Assembly: GCF_963921235.1 (NCBI RefSeq)
Contig: NC_086109.1
Location: forward strand, 25,422,001 to 25,486,000
DNA from: Mobula hypostoma
Lineage: Eukaryota
Reading direction: 5' to 3'
DNA length: 64,000 nucleotides
In this document: one piece after another, positions 1-12,866 of the stretch
How positions within the stretch are numbered: position 1 is the stretch's first letter
Layout of the letters: every line of letters starts with the position of its first letter
Program-made: the position numbers and the translations under genes
The notes under the pieces: model-generated
Seen by the model: only the letters and a program-made list of their open reading frames with translations
What the model was told of the DNA's origin: nothing
Database searches by the model: none

Positions 1-1
1 C

Positions 2-1060
2 ATTCACAACTTAGCGCACCCCTCCATCAGGACAACCGTCCGGCTGGTCTCCAACAGGTTCGTGTGGCATGGACTTCGTAAGCAGGTCAGTGAATGGGCC
101 AAAACGTGTATGCAGTGCCAAACGGCCAAGGTGCAGCGGCACACCAAGGCTCCGCCGCAGCGGTTCGAACCCACCCACCGGAGGTTCGACCACATCCATG
201 TGGATATCGTGGGGCCCCTGCCAGTGTCACGAGGAGCGCGGTACCTCCTAACTATGATAGACCGGTTCACCAGATGGCCAGAGGCAGTCCCGCTCACCGA
301 CACCACCTCCGAATCCTGCACCCGAGCACTGATCGCAACCTGGGTAGCCCGCTTTAGGGTACCGGCCCACATTACCTCCGACAGGGGCGCCCAGTTCACC
401 TCCAGCCTGTGGTCGGCTATGGCCAGACTTTTAGGATCGCAGCTACACCACACAACTGCCTACCACCCACAGTCGAACGGACTAGTGGAGCGCTTCCACC
501 GTCACCTGAAATCGGCTCTCATGGCCCGCCTGGAGGGGCCTAACTGGGTGGACGAACTTCCCTGGGTCCTGCTCGGAATCCGCATGGCGCCCAAGGAGGA
601 TCTACACACCTCGTCGGCCGAGTTGGTGTACGGCGCGCCTCTGGTCGTCCCAGGAGAGTTCATACCAGCCCCAAGGGGGCAAGAGGAAGAACCCACAGCA
701 GTCCTGGACAGACTACGGGAGAGGCTCGGTAACCTGGCCCCCATACCCACTTCACAGCACGGAGAGAGCCCGACCTGCGTACCCAAAGACCTGCAGAACT
801 GTAAGTTTCTTTTTGTACGACGGGGCGGACACTGGGCACCGCTACAGCGGCCCTACGAGGGGCCGTTTAAGGTGATCAGGAACAACGGGTCCACGTTCGT
901 GCTGGACATTGGGGGGAGAGAGGAGGTTTTCACGGTGTGTCCGACTCAAACCGGCCCATGTGGACTTGGCGCAGCTGGTCCAGGCTCAGGCACCGCGGCA
1001 CAGAGGCAGACCTCCCAAACAGAGGCCGATCCAGACTGTGGACATTGGGGGAGGTATCAT
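2..1060 (+). mobile_element. Gypsy/Ty3 LTR retrotransposon pol 3' end (integrase), 5'-truncated by the window, frameshift near 935
   Basis: HHCC motif (IHNLAHP...CMQCQ), DDE core (HVDIVGPLP, ITSDRGAQF, NGLVERFHR) and GPY/F motif (YEGPFKV). The C-terminal RLKPAHVD is in a shifted frame. Confidence 0.95.
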
Positions 1061-1082
1061 CGGTTTTGGGGGGGGGGGGTTA

Positions 1083-1365
1083 TATGGCGACCCACTTTCT
1101 GGCACACACGAACCGGCTCACAACAGCGCGCAGCCAGAGGGCCGGCCCCAAAAAGGACGCCAGGCCATCTTCACCAGCAGGGGGAAAATCCCGCGCGCAG
1201 AAAGGGTCTGGGAATATACATTCCCCACAGCAATCCCGCCCAGGGAGGGCGGGAACGGGAAGGCTTTATAGCAGGCCGCGAAGTTTGAATAAATCTCTTC
1301 CATCGCAACTCTAACTTACCGACTCCGTGTGGTTATTCTAGCGCTGTGTGTAGCACACCGCTACA
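1083..1365 (+). mobile_element. 3' LTR of the Gypsy element
   Basis: Follows a G12 polypurine tract (1068-1079). Ends TATGGCG...CGCTACA form an imperfect inverted repeat. TTTATA at ~1265 and AATAAA at 1288. Confidence 0.85.
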
Positions 1366-1518
1366 AGACAATAATAAAACAATTACCAATAGAACATAGA
1401 AACGTATAGCACCGGGCAGGCCATGATGTTATGCCTTAATAAATATGCCAATAATCAACCAAATTCTAATATCATGGAGCAGGGAAAGCAGGAAGATGAT
1501 TGTAGTGTTGCATCAGGA

Positions 1519-1850
1519 CATTGTATCTTTCCATGACCATGATAGTTCCTGGCATTTTTTTCAACAGAAGTGCTTTGCCATTGCCTTCTTCTGGGCAGTG
1601 TCTTTACAAACCAGTTGACGCCAGCCATTATCAATACTCTTCAGGAATTGTCGGCCTGGCATCAGAGGTCACATAAACAGGACTTGTGATATGCACCGGC
1701 TGCTTGTACGACCTGCCCCCATGGCTTCGCGTGACCCTGATCAGGGACTAAGCAGGTGCTACAACTTGCCTAAGGGTGACCTGCAGGCTAGCGGGGGAAA
1801 GGAGCGCTTTACACCTCCTTTGGTAGAGTCTTATCTCCACCCCGCCACAC
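1519..1850 (-). mobile_element. RTE/BovB-tailed SINE remnant
   Basis: Contains AGAAGTGCTTTGCCATTGCCTTCTTCTGGG, resembling the reverse complement of the BovB/RTE-type SINE 3' region. Confidence 0.55.
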
Positions 1851-2764
1851 TCATGGTACTTCACTGAAAATTGGGTCATGGTTGAGGATGTGACTGGAAG
1901 GGAAGTGGATGCTAACTCAATGCCTGAAGTCAGGGACGGGAGACTTGTTCAGAACATAAGAACAGGATTCAATAACTCGGCACCTCAGTCTTTCCCAATC
2001 ATTAAATATGATCATGACTTATCTCCCCTAATCCTTATCTCCCCTTCTGTGCCAGTTCAGAGATGAGGAAGGAGTCAGAGGTCAACTTCAGACCCAGGTG
2101 AGTAGGTCAAGATGTTCAGAGACTTATTACAGTTTATACTTTGTCTGACTCCAACTCATCTAAAATAACCTCTCACAATACGTGGGGGTTGGGGAAGAAG
2201 TAGCAGGAAGAAGACTATAAAGTATCATTTAACAGCAGAGGCCATTCTTATTAAACCTACCTATTGCTTAAGACAAGTATTGCAGGAGGCTGTGTGCAGA
2301 AATTATTTTGCTCCTCAACTTTCGGACTGCTACATTCTAATTTTAGTGTTCTCTGGGTGTAAGAAAAGCTAAAATGAGCACTTCCACTTCAAGTGCACTC
2401 TGTGCATAATCCTGTTAGGAGTGAGCTTCTGTTGTAGCTGTAGTGATGAGCAATACGTACAACTGTAGAGGTGAAAATTGTGTGCGATTTAACATTTAAC
2501 GGTGCATGTAACAACTGGAGACAGAAGCAGGTGGAATTATAGAAGTGAGATGAATGTGCAACCAGCAATGAGCAGCAGGTGCATATGTTGGAGTGAATGG
2601 TGCCTAGCCTGAAATAACATGATTGTAAAGACAGAAATAGGTCCTTCAGCCCATCAAGCACACCTAACATTAATCCCATTCTTTTTAACTTTCCACATTT
2701 TCTTCAACTCCTGCCACAGTTTACCACTCACCTGCACACAAGTGCAACCTACAGTGGCCAATTA

Positions 2765-3095
2765 TGGTTCGTTTTACAGCACTAGCGATCACTGATCAGG
2801 GTTCGATTCCAGCTGCTGTCTGTAAGAAGTTTGCACATCCTCACCGTGACTGCGTGGTTTCCTCCAGGTGCTCTGGCTTCCTCCGACATCGCGAAGGCAT
2901 AAAGTTAGGTTTACAGTTAGTGAGTTGTGGGCACGCTATGCTGGTGTCAGAGCATTGCGACACGTGGCTGCCCCAGCGGAATCGTCGACTGTGTTGGTCA
3001 CTGAGGCAAAACAGCTCAATTTGTGGTACATTTTGATGTTTCAATGTGACCAATATGATGTTTTGATTTGAACAACAAAACCAGTCTTTATCTTT
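2765..3095 (+). mobile_element. tRNA-derived V-SINE (HE1-like)
   Basis: B-box GGTTCGATTCC, V-domain GGTTTCCTCCAGGTGCTCTGGCTTCCTCC and a short repeat tail. Confidence 0.75.
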
Positions 3096-4259
3096 AGCCT
3101 GCTAGCTCGCACACCTTACGGATGTGTGAGGAGCACCTGTGGGACACCCACACAAGCTAAAGGTAGACCGTGCAGACTCCACACACGGCGAGCCTGATGT
3201 CAGGGGTGGACCCAGTTCTCTGGCACTGCGAGGCACTGGATCAACCAGCTGTGCTGCTGGAGGAGTGAGCAGTGCACGTGAGACTGTAGCAACACCTCAC
3301 ATGGTAGACACCTGAATGGCATCTGCACTCAACTCTTGGCCACTTATTATTTTAAAAATGAACAGAATCCAGTGCTCAGGGTGTGAGGTACGCTGAATCA
3401 CTATGAATGCCATCCTTCCTTTTCAGTGATATGAGCCTACAGTGCCACTTATTGAACTAAATATGCCCTCATCCACACTTCAAACCCCATTTGCTTGTGT
3501 TGTAGTACCGCACCACTCCAGCAGGATGCAGTACCCCCATTGCGTCTGATATTTTTAGACCCACACAAGAGAAAATATTTTGTTGTGTTCAGTCATTGGC
3601 AATAATGCTAGAAGCAAACCATGAGTGAGAGTACTTCTCAACAATGTTGATTATCCCCGCAATGGAAAGGAACCGGTCTCCCTAGGCTGTTTAAGAGTCC
3701 CAGAGCTGCAAGGGGAAGTCACAACACCAGAATTAACAGAACAACAAGATTCTACCACTCAACCATAGATGTTGTTTACTTCCAGAGGGCTGAGCGACAC
3801 TTACAGGAAGGCATCTTTTCCACCCGTCAGCATGTAACAATGCTCTGCCAGGCAGTAAATCTCTTCATTCTGAGACAGCAGGAAAGGTGCAAGATTCGAT
3901 GAGCAGCCTAATTTCAAACACAGACAATATATCAGTCTTCCTAATGTTGTGAGCTGAGTGAGTAATATCAGAGGATCACTGATGGGGAGTGGTGGGTGAT
4001 TGGTGTTGATTAGGAGTGATGAAGCTCCGAATATTCGGTGGGCCTGGGACAAGGTAGACATGGAAGACAAAATGGCTGTTAGGTAGGTGGTAGATAGTAG
4101 AGAATTGGTCACAAATAGGAGAGGATAAGAGGCAACATATGCTGGGTGTTGTGGGATTAGGATGATGGATGACAGGTTTTGATTAATGATTTATGGTGAC
4201 AGGTGGAAGAGGCCACAAGTCACCACATAAGGTTGCTTGCAAAACAAAATGCAAATAAT

Positions 4260-6990
4260 TTTGGGATTTACCTGTATCAAGAGGGATAGTTTGCACCTAA
4301 ACTTAAAGGGGATTAATATTCTAGTGGGGAGGTTTGCAGGCGCTGCACATGGGGGTGGGGAAACTGTTAGACTAGAGTTGTAGAGGAATGGGAACCAACT
4401 CCCAGAACAGTTAGTGGGGAGGTTGTGGAGACAGGTGTTGTTAAGACCTCAGACGAAGTCAGGAATCAAAAGGTTGAGCATAATGCAACTAATGTTCTGA
4501 GCTGCATATATTTCAACGCAAGAAGTATCATAGGAAAGGTGGATGAGCTCAGGGTATGGATTAGATCATGGAATTATGATATTAAGACTTAGTTGCTGGA
4601 GGGGTAGGACTGGCAGCTCAAGATTCCGGCATAACATTGTTTTAGACACAACAGAGTGGGACGAATTAAAGAAGGAAGTGTGTCAGGGAAAATGTCACGG
4701 AAGTGCTCAGTCAGGACAGACTGGAGAATTCGTCTAGTGAGGCATTATGGGTGGAACTGAGGAATAAGAAAGGTATGACTATATGGATGGGGCTATATCA
4801 CAGACCACCCAACAGTCCAAAGGATTTAGAGGGATAAATTTGTAGAGAAATTTCAGACTGTTGCAAAACAGGATGTTATTGTAGATGATTTCAGCTTTTC
4901 ACATATTGAATGGGACTCCCATACTGTAAAAGGACTAGATAGGATAGAGTTTGTCAAATATGTTCAGGAAAGATTCCTCAATCAGTACATAGAAGTCCCA
5001 GTGAGAGAGTGCGCAATACTTGAGCTGCTATTAGGGAATGAGATAGGGTAGGTGACATAATTTGTATAGGGTAATATTTTGGATCTAATGATTATAATGG
5101 CAAAGTAAATATGCAAAATGATAGGTCTGGTCCATGGGTTGAGATTCTGAATTGGAAAAAGGCCTATTTTGATAGTATCAGAAAGAATCAGGCAAGTGTG
5201 GATTGGGAAAGGCTGTTTTCTGTGAAAGGTGTACATGGTAAGTGGGAGGCCTTGAAAAGTGAAGTTTTGAGAGTACAAAGCTCCTATGCCTGTCAGAATA
5301 AAAGGTAAAGATAACAGGTTTAGGGATCCTTGATTTTCAAGGGATATTGAGGCACTGGTTAAGAAAAAAAAACAGAAGGTGCATTGTAGGAATAGCCAGG
5401 TTGGACAAATGAGGTACTTGTGGAGTGTAGGAAATGCAAAGGAACACTTAAGAAAGAAATCAAGAGGGCTCAAAGAAGACATGAAGTTGCTCTAGAAGAC
5501 AAGATGAAGGAGAATCCTAAGGGACTCCACAGATAAGTTAAGAGTTTCTGGAAGATAAGAATGGTATTCCATGCATGGAGCCAAAAAAGATGGAGGAGAT
5601 CTTAAATGAATTTTCTGCATCCGTATTTATTCAGGAGATGGACACGCGGTCTACAGAAGTGAGGCAAAGTGTTATCGACTTCATTGAACCTATACAGATT
5701 ATAGTGGAGGAGGTATTTGCTGTCTTGAGACAAATTAGGGCAGACAAACCCCCAGGGCCAGACAAGGTATTCCCTCAGACCCTGTGGGAGGCAAATTCAG
5801 AAACTGCTGTGCCCTAGCAGAAATATTTAAATCATCCTTAGTGACAGCTAGGTACTGGAGGATTGGAGGTTAGCCAATGTTGTTCTGCTGTTTAAGAAAG
5901 GCTCTAAAAATAAACCAGGAATTTATAGGTTGGTGAACCTGACATCAGTAGTTGCAAAGTTATTAGAAGGCATTCTAAGGGACCTGATGTATCAGTGTTT
6001 GGATAGCCATGGACTGATTAGGGATAGTAAGCATGGCTTTGTGCGTGATGGGTCAAGTCTAACAAATCATAGTTTTCTGAGGAAGTTAGCACAAAAATTG
6101 ATGAAGGCAAGGCAGTAGGTGTTGTTTACATGGACTTAGCAAGATATTTGACAAGGTCCCACATTGGAGGTTGGTCAAGAAGGTTCAGTCACCCGGCATT
6201 CAAGATGAAGTAGACATTGACTTTGTGGGAGAAGCAGAGTAGATGGCGTTCTCTCTGACTGGGGGCCTGTGACTTGAGGGTGACTAGTGGAGTGTCGCAG
6301 GATCGGTGCTGGGTTCATTGTTGTTTGTCATCTATATCAATGATCTGGATGATAATATAGTTAATTGGATCAGCAAATTTGCAGATGATGCCAAGATTGG
6401 GGTTGTAGTGGATAATGAGGAAAACTATCATGGTTTACAGTGGGATCTGGAGCAGCTGAAAAATGGCAGATGGAATTTAATGCAGACAAGTGTGAGGTTT
6501 TACAATTCAGTAGGACCAACCAGTGTAAGTCTTACAATGTGAACGGAAGGGCACTGTGAGGACTGCTGCAGAGCAAAGGGATCTGGGAATACAGGTCCAT
6601 AATTAATTGACAATGGTGTCACAGATAAATATGGTCATAAAAAAAAGCTTTTGGAACATTGTCCTTCATAAATCAAAGTACTGAGTACAGGAGATGGGAT
6701 GTTATGTTGACTTTGTATAAGACATTGGTGAAGCCTGACTTGGAGTAGTGTTTGCAGTTTTAGTCACCTACCTACAGGAAAGATGTAAACAAGGTTGAAA
6801 GCATACAGAAAAAAGTTACAACGATGTTGCTAGGTCTGGAGAACCTGAGTAATAAAGAAAGATTGAATAGGTTAGGACTTTATTCCTTGGAATGTAGAAT
6901 ATTGAGGGGAGATTTGATAGAAGTATACAAAATTATGATGGGTATAGATAGGGTAAATGCAAGTAGGTTTTTTCCACTAAGATTGGTTGC
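4260..6990 (+). mobile_element. Decayed CR1 LINE (ORF1 esterase end, APE endonuclease, RT); its 3' end resumes at ~10012-10062 and 10553-10783
   Basis: DSLHLN (SGNH esterase DxxH), YFNARS, PGPDKVFP, SKFADD and LGLYSLE...LRGDLIEVYKI motifs, with many stops and frameshifts. Confidence 0.9.
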
Positions 6991-9900
6991 CTACGAGACG
7001 GCTTTTTAGAGCAGTTTGTCATTGATTCTACTAGGAGATGAGGTATACTGTATTGGGTGTTATGTAATGAACTGGAGGTGATAAGGGAGCTTAAGAACCC
7101 GTAGGAGGCAGTGACACAATATGAATGAGTTCAACTTGAAATTTGATAGGGAGAAAGTAAAGTCTGACATGGCAGTATTTCAGTGGAGTAAAGGAAATTA
7201 CAGTGAGATGAGAGAGGAGCTGGCCAAAGTAAATTGGAAGGAGATGCCGGCAGGGAAGACAGCAGAGCAGCAATGGCGTGAGTTTCTGAGAAAAATGAGG
7301 AAGGTACAAGGTATTCCAAAAATGAAGAAATACTCAAATAGCAAATTAGCACAACTGTGGCAGACAAGGGAAGTCAAAGCTAATGTAAAAGCAAAAGAGA
7401 GGGCATACAACAAAGCAAAAATTAGTGAGAATACAGAGGATTTGGAAGCTTTTAAAACCCTACAGAGAGCAACTAAAAGAATCATTGGGGGAAAAAGATG
7501 AAATACAAAAACAAGCTAGCAAACAATATCAACGTGGGTAGTAAAGGCTTTTTCAAGTATGTAAAAAATAAAAGAGAGATGAGAGTGGACATAGAACTGC
7601 TAGAAAATAATAAAAGGGGCAAGGAGATGGCAGATGAGCTAAATGAGTACTTTGCATCAGTCTTCACTTTGGAAGACACAAGCAATATGCCGGATGTTGA
7701 AGGGTGTGAGGGAAGAGAAATGAGTGTAGTTACTATTACGAGGGAGAAGGTGCTCAAAAAACTGAAAGACCCAAGAATACGTAAGTCACCCAGAGCAGAT
7801 GAACTGCACCCTCGGGTTCTGAAAGAAGTAGCAGTAGAGATTATGGAGGCATTAATAATGATCTTCCAAAAATCATTGGAATCTGGCATAGTGCCAGAGG
7901 TCTGGAAAATTGTAAATGTCACTCCACTCTTTAAGAAAGGAGGAAGGCAGCAGAAAAAAAATTGTAGACTAGTTTGCCTGACCTCAGTGGTTGGGAAGAT
8001 GATGGAGTCAATTGTTAAAGGTGAGATTATGGAGTACTTGGTGACACAGGACAAGATAGGACAAAGTCAGTATGGTTTTCTGAAGGGAAAACGTTGCCTG
8101 ACAAATCTGTCGGAACTCTTTGAGGAGATTACACATGGGATAGATAAAGGGATACAATGGATGCTGTATATTTGGCCATCAGAAGGCTTTTGACAAGGTG
8201 CCACACCTGAGGCTGCTTACCAAGTTAAGAACTCATGGTATTACAGGAGAGATATTGGTATAGTTAGAGCTTTGGCTGATTTGTGGGAGGCAGTGAGTGG
8301 GATTAAGAGGATCCTTTTCTGGTTGGCTGTCAGTGACTAGTGGTGTTTCGCAGGGGTCAGTATTGGGATTGCTTTTTTTTAATGCTATTTATCAATGATT
8401 TAGATGATGGAGTAGATGGCTTTGTGGCCAAGTTTATGAATGATACGAAGACTGGTGGAGGAGCAGGTAGTGTTGAGGAAACAGGTAGTGTTCAGGAGTT
8501 GGATAGATTAGGAGAATGGGCAAGAGAGTGACAAATTAAATACAATGTTGGAAAATGCATGGTCATGCACTTTGGTAGTAGAAATAAATGAGCAGACTAT
8601 TTGCTAAACGGGGAGAAAAAACAAAAATCTGAGATGCAAAGGGACTTGAGAGTCCTTGTGCAGAACACCTTAAAGGTTAACTTGCAGGTAGAGTCAATGG
8701 TCCGATAAGACCATAAGACATAGGAGCAGAATATGGCCATTCAGCTCATTGAGTCTGTTCCGCCATTTCATCATGGCTGATCCTGGATCCCACTCAACCC
8801 CATACACCTGCCTTCTCGTCATATCCTTTGATGTCCTGACTGATCAGTAAACGATCAACCTCTGCCTTGAGTATACACGGGGACTTGGCCTCCACTGCAG
8901 TCTGTGGCAGAGCATTCCACAGATTCATTAAGCTCTGGCTAAAAAAAACTCATCATTACCTCTGTACTAAAAGGTCACCCCTCAATTTTGAGGACGTGCC
9001 CTCTAGTGCTGGATACCCCCACCATAGGAAACATCCTCTCCACATCCACTTTATCTAGACCTTTCAACATTCAATGGGTTTCAATGAGATTCCCCCACAT
9101 CCGTCTAAATTCCAGTGAGTACAGGCCCAAAGATACCAAATGCTCCTCATATGTTAACCACTTCATTCCAGGAATCATCCTCGTGAACCTCCTCTGGACT
9201 TTCTTCAATGATAACACAGTATACAAATAAGTAAAAACAACTTTTGAATTACCGCATCGTCAATGGGGAGAAGGAGACCTGAGTAACTGTATATGGTTAG
9301 CTAACCGTACTGCATTATTCTCTCATTTAACATCAACGTCTAGTGGTGAGGAAGGCAAATGCAATGTTAGCATTCTTTTCAAGAGGTCTGGAATACAAGA
9401 GCAGGGATGTGATGCTGAGGCTTTATAAGGCACTGATGAAGCTTCATCTTGACTACTGTGAACAGTTCTGGGCTCCTCCTCCAAGAAAAGATGTGCTGGC
9501 ATTGGAGAGAGTTCAGACGAGATTCACAAGGATGATTCGGGGAATGAAGGGCTTATCATATGAGGAACATTTGACAGCTCTGGGTCTGTACTCCCTGGAA
9601 TTTCGAAGGATGAGTGGGGGGGGATCTCATTGAAACTTTTCTAATGTTGAAAGGCCTAGACAGAGTCGATGTGGAAAGGATGTTTCCCATGGTGGGTGAG
9701 TCCAGCACAAGAGGGCACAGCCTCTGGATAGAAGGGCATCCATTTAAAACAGAGATATAGAGTAATTTTGTTAGCCAGAGGGTGGAGAATTTGTGGACGT
9801 TATTACCACAGGCAGCTATGGAGGCCAGGTCATTGGGTATATTTAAGGCAGAGCTTGATAGGTTCTTGATTGGTCACAGTATCAAAGGTTATGGGGAGAA

Positions 9901-10010
9901 CTCCGGAGAGTGGGGTTGAGGAGGGGAAGAAAGGTTCAGTCATGATTGAATGGCGGAGCAGACTCGATGGGCCAAATGGCCTAATTCGGCTCCTATGGCT
10001 TATGGTCTTA
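6991..10010 (+). mobile_element. Second CR1 LINE nested inside the first and itself interrupted at ~8703-9342
   Basis: MADELNEYFASVF, DELHPRVLKEVA, LTSVVGK and LGLYSLEFRR motifs; CR1 3' tail ...CTTATGGTCTTA. Confidence 0.9.
8706..9220 (-). mobile_element. CR1 3' fragment inserted antisense in the nested CR1
   Basis: Begins with the reverse-complemented tail ATAAGACCATAAGACATAGGAGCAG, followed by CR1 3' ORF2 sequence. Confidence 0.85.
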
Positions 10011-10062
10011 CGGACTACAATTAGAGGTAATGAGTTAAGGGTGAAAGGTGCGTAAGAGGAGA

Positions 10063-10552
10063 AACTGCTACTACTGTGCGACCGAGTATCTTCGGAGGGG
10101 GAAAGCCCCAAAACCTCGGCTTTGCCTATTGTCTGTTGCTGGGGCCGGGGTCAAAGTGCTCGGCAGAGATGGCGCTCAATGCTCGGTGTCGGAGAGCTGG
10201 TCGGAGGCTCGGAGTTTTCGGACGGACTCGGAGTCGGACTGTGGTCGGATGCTTCCAGGATGCTGCATCGGCAAATTTGCGGCTCTAGAAGTTTACCATC
10301 TGCTAGAGATGATGGGACTTTCGAGAGACTTTGAGATTTTTTTACCATGCCAATGGTCTGTCCTTATCAAATTACGGTATTGCTTTGCACTATTGTAACT
10401 ATATGTTATAATTATGTGGTTTTTGTCAGTTTTTCAGTCGGTTTGTCATATGTTTCTGTGATATCATTCTGGAAAAACATTGTATCATTTCTTAATGCAT
10501 GCATTACTAAATGACAATAAAAGAGGACTGTGTCCCCTCATAATCTAATCTA
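10063..10552 (+). mobile_element. Non-LTR element 3' fragment (Rex1/L2-like UTR) inserted in CR1
   Basis: AATAAA followed by a (TAATC)n tail; flanked by AAACT; CR1 sequence resumes on both sides. Confidence 0.55.
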
Positions 10553-10805
10553 AAACTTCTTCACTCAGAGGATCGTGACAGTGTGGAATGAACTGCCAGC
10601 ACAAATGGTGCATGTGAGCTCAATTTCAATGTTTAAGAGAAGATTGGATAGGCACATCGATGGTCAGGGTATGGAGGACTATGGTTCCCATGTAGGTTGA
10701 TAGGAGTCGGCACTTTAAGTGGCTTGGTAAGGACCAGATGACCTGAAGTTCCTGTTTCTGTGCTATACTTTTCTATGACTCTAAAAGAAAATATTATATT
10801 AGGTA

Positions 10806-11505
10806 AGAGCCCGACAGCACCTCTACCTCTGTAGGAGTTTGTGAAGGTTTAGCATGACATCTAATACTTTGACAAACTTCTATATATGCGCGGAGGAGAG
10901 AGTATTGATTGACTGCATCACAGCCTGGTTTGGAAACACTGATGCCCTTGCATAGAAAATCCTACAAAAAGTTGTGGATATGGCTCTGTCCATCACAGGT
11001 AAAGCCCTCCACAACCTTGAGCACATCTACACGGAGCATTATTGCAGCAGCCATCATCTGTGACCCTCCACCATCCAAGACATTTTCTCTTCTCGCTGTT
11101 GCCCTCAGGAAGAAGGTACAGGAGCACCAGATCTCACACCTCCACGTTCAGGAGCAGTTATTACCCCTCAACCATCAGGCTCATGTGCCAAAGGGAATAA
11201 CTTCACTTGTCCCATCACTGAGCTGTTCCCACAACCTAAGTTCCCACCACTTATAAGGACTCTTCATCTCATGTTGTTGATATTTAGTGTTTATTTACTT
11301 CTTCTTCTTATTATTATTATTTCTTCATTCTTTTTATATTTGCAGAGTTTGTTGCCTTTTGCAAATAGGTTGTTACACCCATTTGATGCAGTCTTTCCTT
11401 GATCTATTATGGTTATTGGATTTATTGAGCATGCCTGCAAGAAAATGAATCTCAGGGTTGTATATGGTGACATATATATACTTTGAGAATAAATTTACTT
11501 TGAAA
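10806..11505 (+). mobile_element. Rex1/Babar LINE 3' fragment
   Basis: RQHLY...LTNFY...ITAWFGN-like C-terminus and an AATAAATTTACTTTGAA tail. Confidence 0.8.
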
Positions 11506-12010
11506 ATAGTGAGAACCATGACCAAAATTGTAAATTTGCAGGATGTGAGTGGGGGCACTCTTTCAAATCGGGTTTTGAACACTGCATTGCATTATGTCCT
11601 TAATTTTACTGGGATGAAGGAATGGGGAGCTATTTATCTAAGTTTGATGATAACACTACAGAAAGGTGCAAAGATAGGAACAGCAGTTGTTGGAGGTCTT
11701 AGTTAGTTTTAATAAATGGTTACAGCTACAATGGTTGGAGCTTATCGGAGGCAAATGCAGAGCTTTGAATGGATCAGAGTAGTTTCTAAATGGTGGGAGA
11801 CGAGGAACTATGGAGAAGTACAGGTACTTAGTGAATCGATTACAAAAATTTCAATTAACAGGGACTAAAAAGTAATGATTGGAATTTTGCCCTAATTCAT
11901 GGTGTCTGGGGTATAAACATTGGAACCTGCACTGAACTTTGTTGTGATCATATTTGGAGTAAAGTGCACCTCAGATGCATTGGCATTGGACTAGGTTCTC
12001 CTAAATAACA

Positions 12011-12866
12011 TTGGTTGAACACTCCTTATCTGAAATGCTTAGGGCCAGAAGCGGTTCGTATTTTGTATTTTTTCAGATTTTGGAATATATAACGAGATAG
12101 CTTGGGATCGCCATCATTCCCAACTCTGAATCTATGTGCTACCAGTAAGAGTGTCTTTGTTTTACACTTGCTCATCACACATATGTACGTTACAGTCAAA
12201 ATTATTGAAACCATTAATATAAAGAAATTATAATGTGTGCAGGGTAACAAAAGCAGCACAGCAGCATTGGGAACCATAACAAACAATGGCAGGCTTCCAG
12301 TCTCCACCCACAATGTCATGTTCTGATTAGAAGGTACGCTGCATCTGTATTTTACTTTTTTTAGGTTTTATATAAGGTATAAAAATCAATCACCATTATA
12401 GATTTGTTCTGGTGTTAAGTTTTCATCAGTGAAAATCTTTGGCAAATGAATTTCTCTGCTAGCTTCATGACTACCAGACACTTAAAAAAAATTAATTCCA
12501 TGCCTTTTCTTAAATTTCAGAAACTAGCCTGCTGAATATTCATAATGCCCTTCAACTTTCAGTTTTGTGATAGATCTTTGCTTGTATCATGATCGGCATA
12601 TCGTTAAGCAGCATATGTTCACTCCAGCACTGACAAATCCACTCTTCCAATACACGATTGACATCTTCACTTTTGCTATCTTCAGTGTTTTTCTATTCTT
12701 TTTTAAATTCTGTGGGGTCATTTCTTAGAACTGTCTGTGGTGCATAGAGACCTGCACATTACTTGGCAACCTTCCCAGTGCCTTGTAGAATTTTCCATTT
12801 GTTATGTCAAGTCAGTGTCAAAAAATTTTCAGAATTTGGAATATCAAATAAGGGGTACTCAACCTG
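12011..12866 (-). mobile_element. Tigger/pogo DNA transposon deletion derivative (Tigger4/Zombi-like terminal inverted repeats, TIRs)
   Basis: TIRs GGTTGAACACTCCTTATC ... ATAAGGGGTACTCAACCTG-TA. Minus-strand CENP-B-type HTH remnant EEWICQCWSEH...YSAG*FLKFKKRHGI. Confidence 0.85.

Noticed and set aside
935..1288. C-terminal extension of the 408-aa ORF as a novel domain
   Set aside because: It is frameshift read-through across the polypurine tract and LTR.
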